Shown here one piece after another: positions 63,456-64,000 of a stretch of DNA of 64,000 nt. Below the pieces are notes generated by a model. The model did not search any database. It saw only the letters and a list, made by a program, of their open reading frames with translations, and was not told the DNA's origin. Positions within the stretch are counted from its first letter, which is position 1. The number at the start of each line of letters is the position of its first letter. Origin of the DNA: Leucoraja ocellata (taxonomy: Eukaryota); NCBI GenBank assembly GCA_036785375.1, contig JAWMAR010000138.1, positions 2,480,001 to 2,544,000 on the forward strand. Direction: 5' to 3'. A program made the translations under genes and the position numbers.

Positions 63456-64000
63456 TAACTCAATGGATCAGGCAGCATGTCTGGAGAACATGACAGGTGA
63501 CATTTAGGGTTGGGACTCTTCTTCAGATTAATTAGTTTAAGTTAGTTTAGTTTATTATTGTCACGTGTACTGAGGTACAGTGAAATGCTTTCGTTTGCAT
63601 GCTATCCAGTCAAAAATAACATACTATACATGATTACAATCAAGTCATCCATAATGCACAGATAAAGGATAAAGGGTACAAATAAAGGCCACAACATTTC
63701 ATACAATCTAACGTGCAATAAAGTTCAATTAAAGATAGTTCAGGTCTCCAGTTTGTTAGATGGGAGTTCAAGACCATACTCTTGCTGATGATAGGATCAT
63801 TCAGTTGGCTGATAGCCACTGGGAAGAAAATGTCTATGAAACTGGAGGTATGCGTTTTTAAATTTCCGCATCCCTTGCCTGAGAGGAGCGGGATGAAGAG
63901 GGAGTAACCGGGTGAGACTGATCCGTGATTATGCTGGTGGCCTTGCCGAGGCAGCGTGAAGTGTAGATGGAGTCAATGGAGTTTGGTTTACGTGATTGTC

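Overview
Eukaryotic vertebrate DNA, almost certainly a cartilaginous fish (skate/ray-like), judged from abundant HE1-type V-SINEs, HER1/CR1-type LINEs and palindromic Penelope-derived repeats. Most of the window is transposon debris. Two plus-strand immunoglobulin-superfamily genes can be assembled by hand with phase-compatible GT-AG splicing. (1) The 3' half of a B7-family ligand-like gene (CD276/PD-L1-like IgC): IgC exon 2395-2667, TM exon 3456-3602, cytoplasmic mini-exon 4834-4868, probable stop at 4948-4950. (2) About 29 kb downstream, a complete 4-exon, 211-aa CD7-like receptor (34094-34151, 40999-41343, 46873-47003, 49872-49973). Its Trp-less IgV carries a CD28/CTLA-4-style extra Cys pair, its stalk has two Cys, its tail has a YEDM motif, and a compact ETS/CRE/RUNX/TCF/IRF motif cluster lies just upstream. 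The most interesting inference is a tandem B7-like ligand plus CD7/CD28-like receptor arrangement that echoes the mammalian SECTM1-CD7 ligand-receptor pair. Notable mobile elements: a structurally complete DIRS1 tyrosine-recombinase retrotransposon (25201-29890), a Harbinger element with transposase and MADF remnants (61617-63455), an LTR followed by 36 nt of tRNA-Leu complement, Penelope fragments with hammerhead-like cores, Rex1/Babar, L2, RTE and invertebrate-type CR1-group fragments. Two assembly gaps lie at 42946-43081 and 43147-43317. Family assignments rest on motif recall, not database searches.
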